From: Cyanophora paradoxa CCMP329
Taxonomy: Eukaryota; Plantae; Glaucophyta
NCBI GenBank assembly: GCA_004431415.1
Contig: QPMI01000077.1
Span: forward strand, 1 to 33,088
Length of the DNA stretch: 33,088 bases
Direction: 5' to 3'
Shown piece by piece: positions 1 through 9,659 of the stretch; within the stretch, counting starts at the first letter, position 1, and the number at the start of each line of letters is the position of its first letter. The notes beneath the pieces are model-generated. The model was given only the letters and a program-made list of their open reading frames with translations, did no database searches and had not been told where the DNA came from. The position numbers and the translations under genes are program-made.

Positions 1-293
1 AAAAAATGGTATATTGGGCGTTCTGCCCCACAATACCATATATCGTCTCACATCTTATAGAATTTCATAAATCCTTACCATAACCGATTTTTCGATTCAT
101 TTGACACGATAATATACGGAATTTCTCGATTGTCGTACTTTGATCGAAAAAATACACCAAACCAACACCAAACCAACACCAAACCAACACCACACCAATA
201 CCAAACCAACACCACACCAATTCCCCACGTAATCCCACCGATTCAAAACCAAAATTTCATTTTCTTCGATTACCTGTATTCACCCTATCGAAT
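1..293 (+). repeat. Left terminal inverted repeat (293 bp)
   Basis: AAAAAATGGTATATTGGGCG...CACCCTATCGAAT is the reverse complement of 11123-11415. The A-run may be clipped by the window edge. Confidence 0.96.
154..220 (+). repeat. 11-bp tandem repeat (ACACCAAACCA, ~6 copies) inside the TIR; mirrored at 11196-11262
   Basis: Read directly: acaccaaacca acaccaaacca acaccaaacca acaccacacca ataccaaacca acaccacacca. Confidence 0.9.
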
Positions 294-335
294 ACGTTTT
301 AATCACATAAAGATTTATCTAAACTTCTGTTAAAA

Positions 336-674
336 ATGGAACCCAAACCAAAAGCAACCCGTTATTATATTGTCTCACGTTACGAGGATCGTAAAGAAGT
401 TAAACAAATGGGTGGTCGATGGGATCCGGATACTCACCTTTGGTATACAACCAAGAAAGACAGTGAATTACTCAAAAAGTTTAAACAACTTTCAAAAGAA
501 GAAGTAAAAGGAATCGATCAAATTGTATATATTACGGTTCCTTATAGCGAAAAAGAAGAAGCGAAACAATACGGCGCACGATGGGATAATGAAAATGGAA
601 CGTGGTTTATGCGTGGTATCCACCATAACGAGGTTTTCGAAAAATACAAACCGATTAAATTCATCGACGAGTAA
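336..674 (+). CDS. Small protein with two tandem DUF5710-like domains
   Basis: Two copies of the motif: YYIVSRYEDRKEVKQMGGRWDPDTHLWY and YITVPYSEKEEAKQYGARWDNENGTWF; ATG in AAAAATGG context. Confidence 0.85.
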   Translation: MEPKPKATRYYIVSRYEDRKEVKQMGGRWDPDTHLWYTTKKDSELLKKFKQLSKEEVKGIDQIVYITVPYSEKEEAKQYGARWDNENGTWFMRGIHHNEVFEKYKPIKFIDE

Positions 675-1716
675 GCCCGCTCCTTAAATTATACTTCTTT
701 CGAACTACAACCTTCCTATTTGGTTTAATCCCTTCTTTCGCTACTAATCTATTTACCTTTGTTGTTTTTCTAACTCTCTCTACGCGTTTCTGTGTGGGAA
801 TCTTAACAATTGCGTCCTTATCTACCTTCTGTAACTCGTTCATCTTAAAGTTTCTACGCACCTCTTTGGGAGTCTCTCCTTCGTTCTCTTCCAATAAACT
901 AAATCGATTACCTACTTTACCTGCTACCTTGTAAACCTGCTTCGTGTATCTTGCACCTTCCTTATCGAATACCTTCTTTTCTGTCACAGCACGAACATAA
1001 TCACCCTCTTTAAAAGTGGGCATCTGCTCCTTAATTCTCTTGTTATGCACAGCATCCCTGAAATATATGAACGACTGCTTTTCGTTATTACCATACACTG
1101 CATTGGTGAATCATTCTTTAAAGAAACATGAGGTGAATTATTGTAAGTCATTAAAACGTCTTTATAGTATTCTGTCCACTTTGGGTTTCCACTTGATGTA
1201 ATCGCCTTTCTTAAATATTGCTTGAATGTCCTTGTGAACCTATCGATAATCCCAATTTATCGCCTACTGTTATGTGGTCATTCTTAGCTACGTCTGTATA
1301 GAGTGTTACATTGTTCTCCTCACACCATTTACGATACATTTCAGCTGAAAACTCATTATCTCCTGCGATCGCATTCACCTTACCTGCTTCAACCTTGAAC
1401 CTATTGAGAATCTCTATTTTCGAGTCTCCATTTTGAATGGATACACGAACGCTTTACGACTCAATATGTCAATAAATCCCATCATCCTGTCGATTCCATT
1501 ATTTCCCGTTTTGTAGTTCTTGAAAAATATCACGTCCACCTGGAAGGAATTAGGCGGCGCTACTATTCTGAGAAATGTCTTCTGCTTTTTGGGTTTCTTA
1601 AAGATCTGGTCGATCTCTTGATTTTTAAAACGTTTCCGTAGTTCTTCTTCATCAAATTTAACACCATCATTAATTAGTTTCTGTCGATATTTGGTATAGC
1701 TAAGCACCTGATCCAT
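661..1716 (-). pseudogene. Retroviral-like (rve) integrase, broken by three 1-bp deletions (~352 aa restored)
   Basis: FQVDVIF...FIDILSRKAFVYP, then after frameshifts (~1418, ~1252, ~1103) IAGDNEF, KLGIIDRFTRTFK, W...VLMTYNNSPHVSL and FKEGDYVR...VFDKEGARYTKQVYKV. The frameshifts could be sequencing errors. Confidence 0.9.
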
Positions 1717-1724
1717 TTATATAT

Positions 1725-4700
1725 CTACTGGGTTTTTGTTTGCGGCACACTTAGCGAGCGATAGTGTCCAATCGCAAGAGTAGAATAGAGATCTTCACAG
1801 AGATACCTCTTAGTATCGAGCGCATTAAATGCCCGTTTCTTCATTTCCTGCGTTGTTACTTCGTGGTTCTTTGATCGGAAACCTCTAACTGTTACTTGCT
1901 CTTGCTCCTGCATTGGATTCATGACAGTGTTGTAGAATTGCTGGAACTCTAACCTATTCTGCACTACTGACCTCTGAACTCCCTTCAACTTTTTAACAGT
2001 TTTCTTCTCCGAATCTTTTTCGAGACCAAGAGCCTTCACATTCAACTCCTTCTTATAAGAATATGCCTTTGGCTTGTATCCCGCGAATCCTGTAACAATG
2101 TAATCGCTGCTGTCATCCTTGAACAACCCCGGAACCTTCTTATTCTTCGGGTTGTAGCACATGTGTGATTTACTGTAATCGGACTGATCGAACCAATGCG
2201 CGTCTGTATTCATATCCTTATAGATATCTTCGGTTTCGATCACGTAATACAGCGAATCGGTGTCTGTCATCAGAAGTCTCGCACGATCCTTACCATACTT
2301 CTCCATGATGTAATCGTAGTGGAACTCATACATGATCAGTTTCGAAAGATCCAAGATGGCTTGACCGACGAAAATTGGCTTGTCCAACGTAATGGAACCC
2401 TTGTAGAACTCAATGGCTGTGAGATTCTCATTAATGATCTTCATAGTCTTCAACAATGGGTTACCGTTGTGTTTGAGTTGCTTCTTTGGATCACAGCACA
2501 ACTTAATGTTACTGCGCTTCCTCACATTCTCCATAGTCTTACCGAAAACCGAGTTATTCATGAGTTTGTAAAAGTCCTTTTCGAAATCGTTTCGCGCCTG
2601 TGTCCTCAGTTTCGTGTTAAGGTCTATGTAAGGTTTCAACCATTCCGATTGATCGTAAATAACACCACGATGCACTTTCGTAACTTTCATGCCCTTCTTC
2701 ACGTAATACTGCAAGCTCTTGATGTGGAGGATGTAGTTCTTTTTGTCCATCAGATTCGGCACCAACTTACGAGTCTCTGGTAGCTTGTCCTCACCAATCA
2801 TTTCCAATTGCGTAGCTGAAAGCATTTCACGCGTAACTACAAGCGACTCAGGAGCTAACGGAAGATCGTTATGTAGATCGTGTAGATGGGGTGGATACTC
2901 TAAGTCAACCTCCAATGTCGCGCCTTGTTCTCCTTCTGAATCGAACCCCATGTAATCGAAATCATCTATGTTGTCAATCCACTCAAAGTAGCGGTAGGGA
3001 AGCTTGAAACTCATCGCCTTTCCATACAGATTATTTGCATCCCAAGGCATGATATACTTCGTCGGCTTCGATGAATCGTAAGACTCAATGTAGGGGTTGT
3101 TTGCCTCTCCGTATCGATTGAAATTGAAGAAACACCACACGAATTCCCATCTCAAAGAACCGATACATATCGGGGTCATAGAGTTGTTCTATCACAACTC
3201 CTGTATACTTCAACATTGCAAACCACGACAGGTGAGGTGCTGAGACGAAATGGATCGGGTCAATTTCGTATTGCTCATAGCAAACATTGCGGAATGTATC
3301 GAATACATCCGCAAGTAGCGCAACATCGGTAGCAAGGTAGATATCGTGATAGTCTCCGAGCGTCTTACACTTGAAAGCATTCCAAACCTTCACACAATGG
3401 GTGTAATCCTCATCGCTTATCGCTGTGTCGTTCAGTTTCGAGTAAAACGCATCTTTTGGTGGTAATTGCGTCTCATTGAGTTTTTCGAAACTGTCGAGGT
3501 AATCGTAAGGGAAATGTCCTTTTTTCATCAGTAGTTCACGCTGCTGTTTGGTGTATTTCATGGAATCACACCATTCGTTTGTGAACTTGAAATTGTCCTT
3601 TCCAAGATTCTTAACGAGACTGTCGAGACTGGAAGCCATGAAATTCAGAGAATCCAAGAACTTGTAAGCGCCAACATCAAACGTTACGAACTTTTCGAAA
3701 TTCTGCGCAATACAACGAATTTCACCACTGGTATTAGCGAAATCTTTCATTGCTTTGAGAATGTAATGACCATCGTAACCTTTCAGATTGTGGAAAATTA
3801 CGGGAATTTTTGGATTAATGCGACGTTTAAGGTTGCAAGTATTGCAAGCCGCCCCGAGATATTTACCTGTTGTGTGGTCATGATCGCGAACAGGTTTCTC
3901 TCCTATTCTGAAAGGACAACCACAGATATAACACGAGAAAGCGTTTTTGAAATCTTCCTTATCTTCGGAGGTCATTACCATTGGCTCAACAATTCGCAAC
4001 CTGTTGAGAAGGTCAGACTCCATTAAACGCAACGTTTGCATGAAATGCTCCGTAACCTCATCATCGTTCTCTGGGTTTTGCTTCCGATACAAGACCTGCT
4101 TAATGATCTCCCCATTGTGGATAACCATAACCTTGTATCCGCTGGGTATGTGTTTCTGGTATACCTCTGTGTTATCACCGCGTCTCTCTTGCACCTTTTG
4201 TAAGATACATTCGAAATCACCAACAATGAACATCGGATGTCTAACCGTCTTATCTATGTGTTCCCGTGGATTCCATCTAATATCTGAGTCAGGATCGGGC
4301 ATGGTATCAACTGTGGCATTTGGACGATCGTAGCACTTGTTGTATTTAATGTGATTTTCTAAGATTCTCTCAGCCGTGAAACCCCTCAAACACGCCTTAC
4401 AGTAATACTTTGTTCCGTGGTGTGAACTGGGAATGAGTCGTGACAGGCTGGAAATGTAACCGTAATGCATGGTGTCTGATTTCTCATCACCCCAAACAAG
4501 AATGTCAATGGTCTCATGTTGTCTGTTAGGGTCTTTGCATATGTGGATTGGAACAACACGGAGGCTTTTAGTTTCCTTATCCTCTTCGAGAGAGTATACA
4601 TTAATTGGACGTCCCACCATTTTAGAAGCCCTTTCGTATTCACGGGGGTTATTCTTCAATGGGAATTGGAAGCTATCCCAATTAAACTCCTTCTCATACT

Positions 4701-5697
4701 TCCTGTATCTCTTCACATCGTAACGGTGTTTATTGGATAGTTCATGGTGATGTAGTCCAATAATCACCGCCCATGCAAAGCACTTTTGGTCGTCGTTCTG
4801 TGGATTGATAACCGCCTTTTTCGCTTCTATCTCCTTGGGAAGCGGAATGTAAGAGCTACCGGCAATCGGCTGATACGTGAGAATTTGTAGCGAGAACTTT
4901 ATGATATTATCCAACTCACCACTGGGGTGTGATTCGAGAATTTCTTGTAGTTCGTCTACTGACTCATCCACAGTGTTTACGGTTTCGCGCTCATTCACGA
5001 TAAGGAAGTATCGTGTGGGAATTCCCGTATACATGTCGTATCCATATCTGCCCGTGTATCTTCCATTTTCTAAGAGCGGTTTCTTATAAATTGCGGTCAC
5101 GGTCAGATGGAACTTAATACCACGTCTATTCCTCACCGCTTCACGGAAACGACCGTAGAAAGCATTCCATCCTATTATCCTGTCGATGAACTCATGAACC
5201 GATGCTACTTTATTAGTTCTCTGATTCTTCCATGTGACCTCAACCACGAGATTATTCATGGCTTGCATAATTTCAATCTCATTGCGATATCTACGCTCCT
5301 TTGCCCATTCTTGCTTTGCCTTCTGTTTCTCAACATTCTTAGCGGCTCTCTCCGCTCTCTTCTCCTTCTTCTCTTGCTTCCTCTCCGCTCTCTTGTTCCG
5401 CTTCTCAGCGATCCGCTCCGCTTTGGTCTTCTTTTTCCCTTCTCCAATGTCTTCAATGTTACCGAGTCTACCTATTTCGTTCTGCTCATTCAGTCTCCCC
5501 TCACCTCTGCCGATTATGTCTTTGATTGAGTATCTTATGTCTCTCAGAGCATTCGACCGTGGTCTTTTCACGAAAGCAAAGTAACCGAATGCATTGAATT
5601 GCTCCACCGTCATAAAGTCATTTGCGAGGGCATACCCAAGATCAGCAAGTATAAGTCGTCTCTCCTTAGCGTTCTGAATACTAACAGCGCGAGGCAT
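1725..5697 (-). CDS. Protein-primed family B DNA polymerase (~1324 aa restored; frameshifted at ~3118-3138, seen as ORFs 3085-5697 and 1725-3179)
   Basis: GSSYIPLP...INPQNDDQKCF; C2H2-like finger; Exo I GDFEC; endonuclease VII-like CYIC..RDHDH..CNTCN; Exo II FHNLKGYD; FLDS; KGHFPYDY; Exo III YLATDV; Pol motifs DANNLYG, KLMNNSVFGK, TDTDS. Adding two bases restores GIRGGVSSISNRYGEANNPY. Confidence 0.95.
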
Positions 5698-5967
5698 CTC
5701 TTTGGCGTTCTATAATATATTCAAAGAAAATTATCCTTAAATCATTTTTTCACCTTAACGTCATTTTTTGTCCACGATTCTTTTTCGATTGCGGGCATTT
5801 CGTAAAAATAACAAAAGGGTCGACCATCAATTGGTGAATAGATCTTTTCGATTAAAGTACATCAATCGAGAAGTATCAAAATACGATGGTTCTAAAAATA
5901 ACACGAAGGGGTTTAGCGCGATTGCGCTTATTTGTCTTCTCAGAGCAAGCGCGCCGAGAAAAAAGAT

Positions 5968-6222
5968 TTAGATATATTTCGATGGGCGACCCACATTATT
6001 GTAGGGAACACCAAACAAGAACTTAACGAAACAGATCGCATTATTTGAATACGCTCTGTAACTTGCTTGAACTATCTTCATAGAGCGGTTGCATTCATCA
6101 GATTGATATAATTCGAATACCTTCTTGCGCATTTTCTCTTTGTTCTTTTGGAGGGCAATTTTGCCCTTACCGGTTGCCCGATAATTGGCATTCGCGCGCT
6201 TTTGGGCTGCACTGGTCGACAT
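5968..6222 (-). CDS. Small basic hypothetical protein (84 aa from ATG 6222)
   Basis: MSTSAAQKRANANYRATGKGK...; ATG in AAAATG context with an upstream ATTTAAAGAT/TATATA like that before the polymerase gene. Confidence 0.6.
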   Translation of the reverse strand: MSTSAAQKRANANYRATGKGKIALQKNKEKMRKKVFELYQSDECNRSMKIVQASYRAYSNNAICFVKFLFGVPYNNVGRPSKYI

Positions 6223-6568
6223 TTTGGCTATCACTGTTACTATATAGTGAGAAATCTTTAAATGGTTTTCTTCTTTGATATAAACCGCTTTTGAAAAGCT
6301 GTCATTTTTTGCCCCGCCGCATTGGAGCGCTGCGCATCCTTGTGAGACAAGATGCCGGAAAAATAAGCCGAAGGTCTCCGCCTCCACGTTTCTACGATTG
6401 AACCCCGTAGAACAGGTGATTAAAAAGAGTGATACATGGATATCACTACTTTCCTACAACGCCGCTTAGAAAAATAAGCAAACGTGAGCGCAAACTTTCG
6501 GAATGGAGGGTATTGCGCTATTCTTTGAAAAGAAAATTTTAACGTAAGAATGATGCATGAGCCGTCGC

Positions 6569-7250
6569 TTAACGCTTGTAGCCCGGGCGAATACCCAATT
6601 TAGCAAATCCGGAAAGCATCGGCGCTGCATTGGGAATGGAGTTAAGCGGGTCGGATTGCGATGTAGCAACCCTGAGGATAGATTTGTTAAGCACCGGTAA
6701 ATCTGTTTTATTGGATTCTTGGTAATCGATCGTCTTAGCGATTAATTCCGTCGGTGTGTGTTTCTCCTCTTTGATTGGATCGGGAAGGACATCAAACGTA
6801 ACATCGGGTTTCTTGTCTACCTTCTCTTTGGTTATCGGTTGCTCTGTTATCTTCTTCTCTTTCTGCGTCTCATCGGCGATTCCCTCAATGAGACTTTTAG
6901 CGTGTTTGTATGTGATCGTTTTCAGTCCACCGGTTGCTGCTCTGATAAAGTAGCGGTTGCGGTGGTCTTTTTCGGAATACGTGGAATAGAGACGTTCACC
7001 GCCATCGAGAAGTTTAAGAAGAGTTGACTTTTTATCGACCTTATCGATTGTCGCACTCTTAAATTGTCCTTTCTTAATCCCACGCTTTGCACCGGGCATA
7101 CGGTTTAGCGGCACTTGCTCAACTAAGGCGTTACCATCGTTAATGTCCTCTACTGGCGCCACAGCATGGGAATTAATCGTATTATTAATACTCTTATCAA
7201 TATCAGCGGTTCCGAATGCCGCGGTTCCTTTCGATTTCTTGTAATGCCTC
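6569..7250 (-). CDS. Hypothetical charged protein, 3' part (its 5' end lies inverted at 7662-7726; ~248 aa restored)
   Basis: Frame is open from 7252 to the stop at 6569 with no ATG near its 5' end; it joins in frame to MARKTQPKNFLAKPVEQAEPER when the inversion is reversed. Confidence 0.75.
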
Positions 7251-7726
7251 CGTTATACCGCTCGATCTTCTGTTTAATTCTTACATCCTTCTACATGTCG
7301 ATCCACTCAAAGGAAACTACGTAAGCAAGAATACCAGCGATGATAAAGCGCTTGCTAAAATTGAGATTGACCAGACGGTAGGTAGTCTCCTAAAATACGA
7401 TTCTTCCAATAACTCCATGATCATTCATGAGCAGAACGGATTAGTGGAAGTTGAGACGCTTAAAGTGCGTTTGACGTATTGGAATGGTAACGAAACCGAT
7501 ATAACAACGGATTGGTCGATGACTCTCGAACTGATCACGGAAGATGAAAAGGATCTTACGAAAGCAGCACTGAAAAACGTCATTAGAGATTTAGAAAACG
7601 TCTATTTACCGTTTGGTCGTAATATGTAATATTGCCGAATAATTTTGTGGGGTTATTTCAAATGGCTCGTAAGACACAACCCAAGAATTTCTTAGCGAAA
7701 CCCGTCGAACAAGCGGAACCGGAACG
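7251..7726. other. Inverted segment bounded by 4-bp inverted microhomology CGTT (7251-7254) / AACG (7723-7726)
   Basis: Reversal fuses two pairs of gene halves in frame at once. Confidence 0.88.
7255..7629 (+). CDS. Minor capsid (penton) protein, C-terminal part, inverted
   Basis: YILLHVD...LAKIEI...GSLLKY...LKVRLTYWNGNETDITTDWSMTLEL resembles C-termini of PLV/NCLDV minor capsid proteins. Confidence 0.8.
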   Translation: MPLDLLFNSYILLHVDPLKGNYVSKNTSDDKALAKIEIDQTVGSLLKYDSSNNSMIIHEQNGLVEVETLKVRLTYWNGNETDITTDWSMTLELITEDEKDLTKAALKNVIRDLENVYLPFGRNM

Positions 7727-8250
7727 CTGTCGAGGTAATGATTATAAGTAAAACCACCAACAGTAACAGGTGAACCAAGAGGGGTGGATGGATAACCTAA
7801 ACCCGAGCCATTAATTGATGGATCCGGGAAACCTAAGAAATTGGCTAAAATCTGACTACTGAAACGTATAGTAAATGTTGCTTCGCCAATAATCCTTAGT
7901 TTCATTGTGGTAGAGTCGTAAGACACATTGAAATGACGGGTATATGTAGTTCCCGATGCACTGTATGTCTGGGATAACAGTAGAGCATTTAGATAATTCA
8001 CCAAACTCTCTGCTGTGTATGCCCCTTTTGAAATTGTGTTTGATTTAGTTTTGGTTGCCCCTTGTCCATCGAGTGTGGATGTTACAAGCGCTCCGTTTTC
8101 GCTGAGATTGTAAATGTTATTGAACATTTCGAAATTGGTAACGCGACATGCTTTAACATTTTGGATTGCATGGGGAAGTTTGTATGAATAGTTTGTTGGG
8201 GTTCCATCGTCCCGATCCCGGGAATCAATATTTAGATAGTAACGCGTCAT
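7723..8250 (-). CDS. Minor capsid (penton) protein, N-terminal part (176 aa; 300 aa restored)
   Basis: YLNIDSRDRD..P.NYSYKLPHAIQNV, NNIYNL, ISKGAYTAESLVNYLN, LANFLGF: typical minor capsid motifs; divergent from MCP. Confidence 0.85.
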
Positions 8251-8302
8251 TCTGTTTAATAATGTAATTTAAAAATTTCTTTTCGTATTTTAAACAAAGG
8301 AC
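8251..8302. promoter_or_regulatory. 52-bp AT-rich divergent promoter region between mCP and MCP
   Basis: TTAAACA lies just upstream of each ATG in mirror orientation (8253-8259 minus, 8290-8296 plus). Confidence 0.45.
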
Positions 8303-9529
8303 ATGGCGCTTACTGGAACGACCCTTAAAGAACTCCTTGTTACTCCCGGATCGGATCAAATTTACCTATCTCCCGGTCTCCAAATTGGAACCAACCCCAA
8401 GTATAAGCCGTTCCTTGAACAGGTTCGCCCACGCGGTAACACTTTCGGGTTTAAGACGACCGCTTACTTTGATCTACCACGCAAGCAACTGCTTAGTGGC
8501 GTTTCGCTTTACTTTAAGGTTACTACCGGTGGTGGTGTTGCTTGTGATCTTCCCAATGGTGGTTCTTCTTTCATTAAAGAGGTTCGTTTTGTCCATGGTG
8601 GGTTCAAGTATATCATCCCTGGCGATTGGATCACTGTAAACACTCTGATCGATAATGATGTATCGGGACTGAGCGCTATGTATATGTCCCTTGGTCTCGG
8701 AGCGGAAGCTACCCGTGAATCTACCGACAAGTCGACTGAATATGTAGTTAAAATTCCGGCTGCTTTCTGGGACGATGCATATTTCCCCCTTTGCGTTCTT
8801 GCGGATATGCCCACCATCGAGGTAGATTTTCGCGAGGCTGCGGTAGTTAACGTTCCTGCTGGTGGAACTGTTACCGTGAGTGATTGCGGGCTAATCTGTC
8901 AATTCGTTAACATTGCTTCTGCGGAGGCTGAGACTCTCCTTAAAATGGCGAATGAACAGGGAGGTATTCGCATTCCAATTACGGAAGTCATCCACAAAAA
9001 GACCCGATCACTTAAAACTGCCGATTCTGGCGAGGCGGTCGAGGTTACACTGGCTAACGTTTCCGGTCTGGTGCATTCAATCCTTATGACTGTTCGTGAC
9101 GTTAACAAGCTGGACAAATACACTCATTCCGATTTCTACGGTGTTGGATCTGCTGTGAAAATCGATGAGTTCCAAATTTTCCACAACAACCGATCGCTTG
9201 AAATCTCTAATAAACCCATATCTGGTTTCCTTTCTGCTGCTAACCATATCCCATCGCATTACAAAGGTGCAACCGTAGGCAATGCTGGTTTTGGTTTCGA
9301 GAGTGGATGTGTCTATGGTGTTGTTCTCAGCAAGAATGGTAAGGATTCGCTCCATAATTCAGTCATGGGTTATCAGGACTTCTTCAATAGTTCGAGTTCG
9401 TATATGGATCTGACCGTTTCCGGTTGCACTGATGCTGCACCGGTTCAGGTCGACATTTTCGCGCTCCGTCACAATGTCATGGTTCTCAATGGCTATAACA
9501 TTTCGACACTGAAAGTTTCCAACTTTTAA
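8303..9529 (+). CDS. Double jelly-roll major capsid protein (408 aa), NCLDV-like
   Basis: GSDQIYL..., FGFKTTAYFDLPRKQLLSG, FIKEVRFVHGG..IPGDWI, VKIPAAFW..FPLCVL..IEVDFR, VDIFALRHNVMVLNG; located between mCP and ATPase. Confidence 0.85.
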   Translation: MALTGTTLKELLVTPGSDQIYLSPGLQIGTNPKYKPFLEQVRPRGNTFGFKTTAYFDLPRKQLLSGVSLYFKVTTGGGVACDLPNGGSSFIKEVRFVHGGFKYIIPGDWITVNTLIDNDVSGLSAMYMSLGLGAEATRESTDKSTEYVVKIPAAFWDDAYFPLCVLADMPTIEVDFREAAVVNVPAGGTVTVSDCGLICQFVNIASAEAETLLKMANEQGGIRIPITEVIHKKTRSLKTADSGEAVEVTLANVSGLVHSILMTVRDVNKLDKYTHSDFYGVGSAVKIDEFQIFHNNRSLEISNKPISGFLSAANHIPSHYKGATVGNAGFGFESGCVYGVVLSKNGKDSLHNSVMGYQDFFNSSSSYMDLTVSGCTDAAPVQVDIFALRHNVMVLNGYNISTLKVSNF

Positions 9530-9659
9530 AAGTTCTTTTCTTTCTTTAAAGTAGGAAGCCTGCGAATCGCGTATAGGTTAGCGCTTTAGCGGCAAGCAAA
9601 GCATGCCTTGTGCATGCACTTTTGTTTTTTATCTTATTACTGTAACGGACAACGTAGTA

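Noticed and set aside
130-333. ORF in the left TIR and its mirror at 11014-11286
   Set aside because: TTG start, translation of an 11-bp repeat, different C-termini at the two ends.
3085-3179. Programmed ribosomal frameshift in the polymerase
   Set aside because: No slippery heptamer; restoring the conserved GIRGG...NRY motif needs two separate 1-bp additions.
2196-5584. Plus-strand ORFs overlapping the polymerase gene
   Set aside because: Antisense shadows of a strongly conserved gene with no recognisable motifs.
9605-9615. GCCTTGTGCAT in the virus matches the satellite core at the insertion junction
   Set aside because: An 11-bp match between an 11-kb element and a satellite unit is expected by chance; no further similarity.
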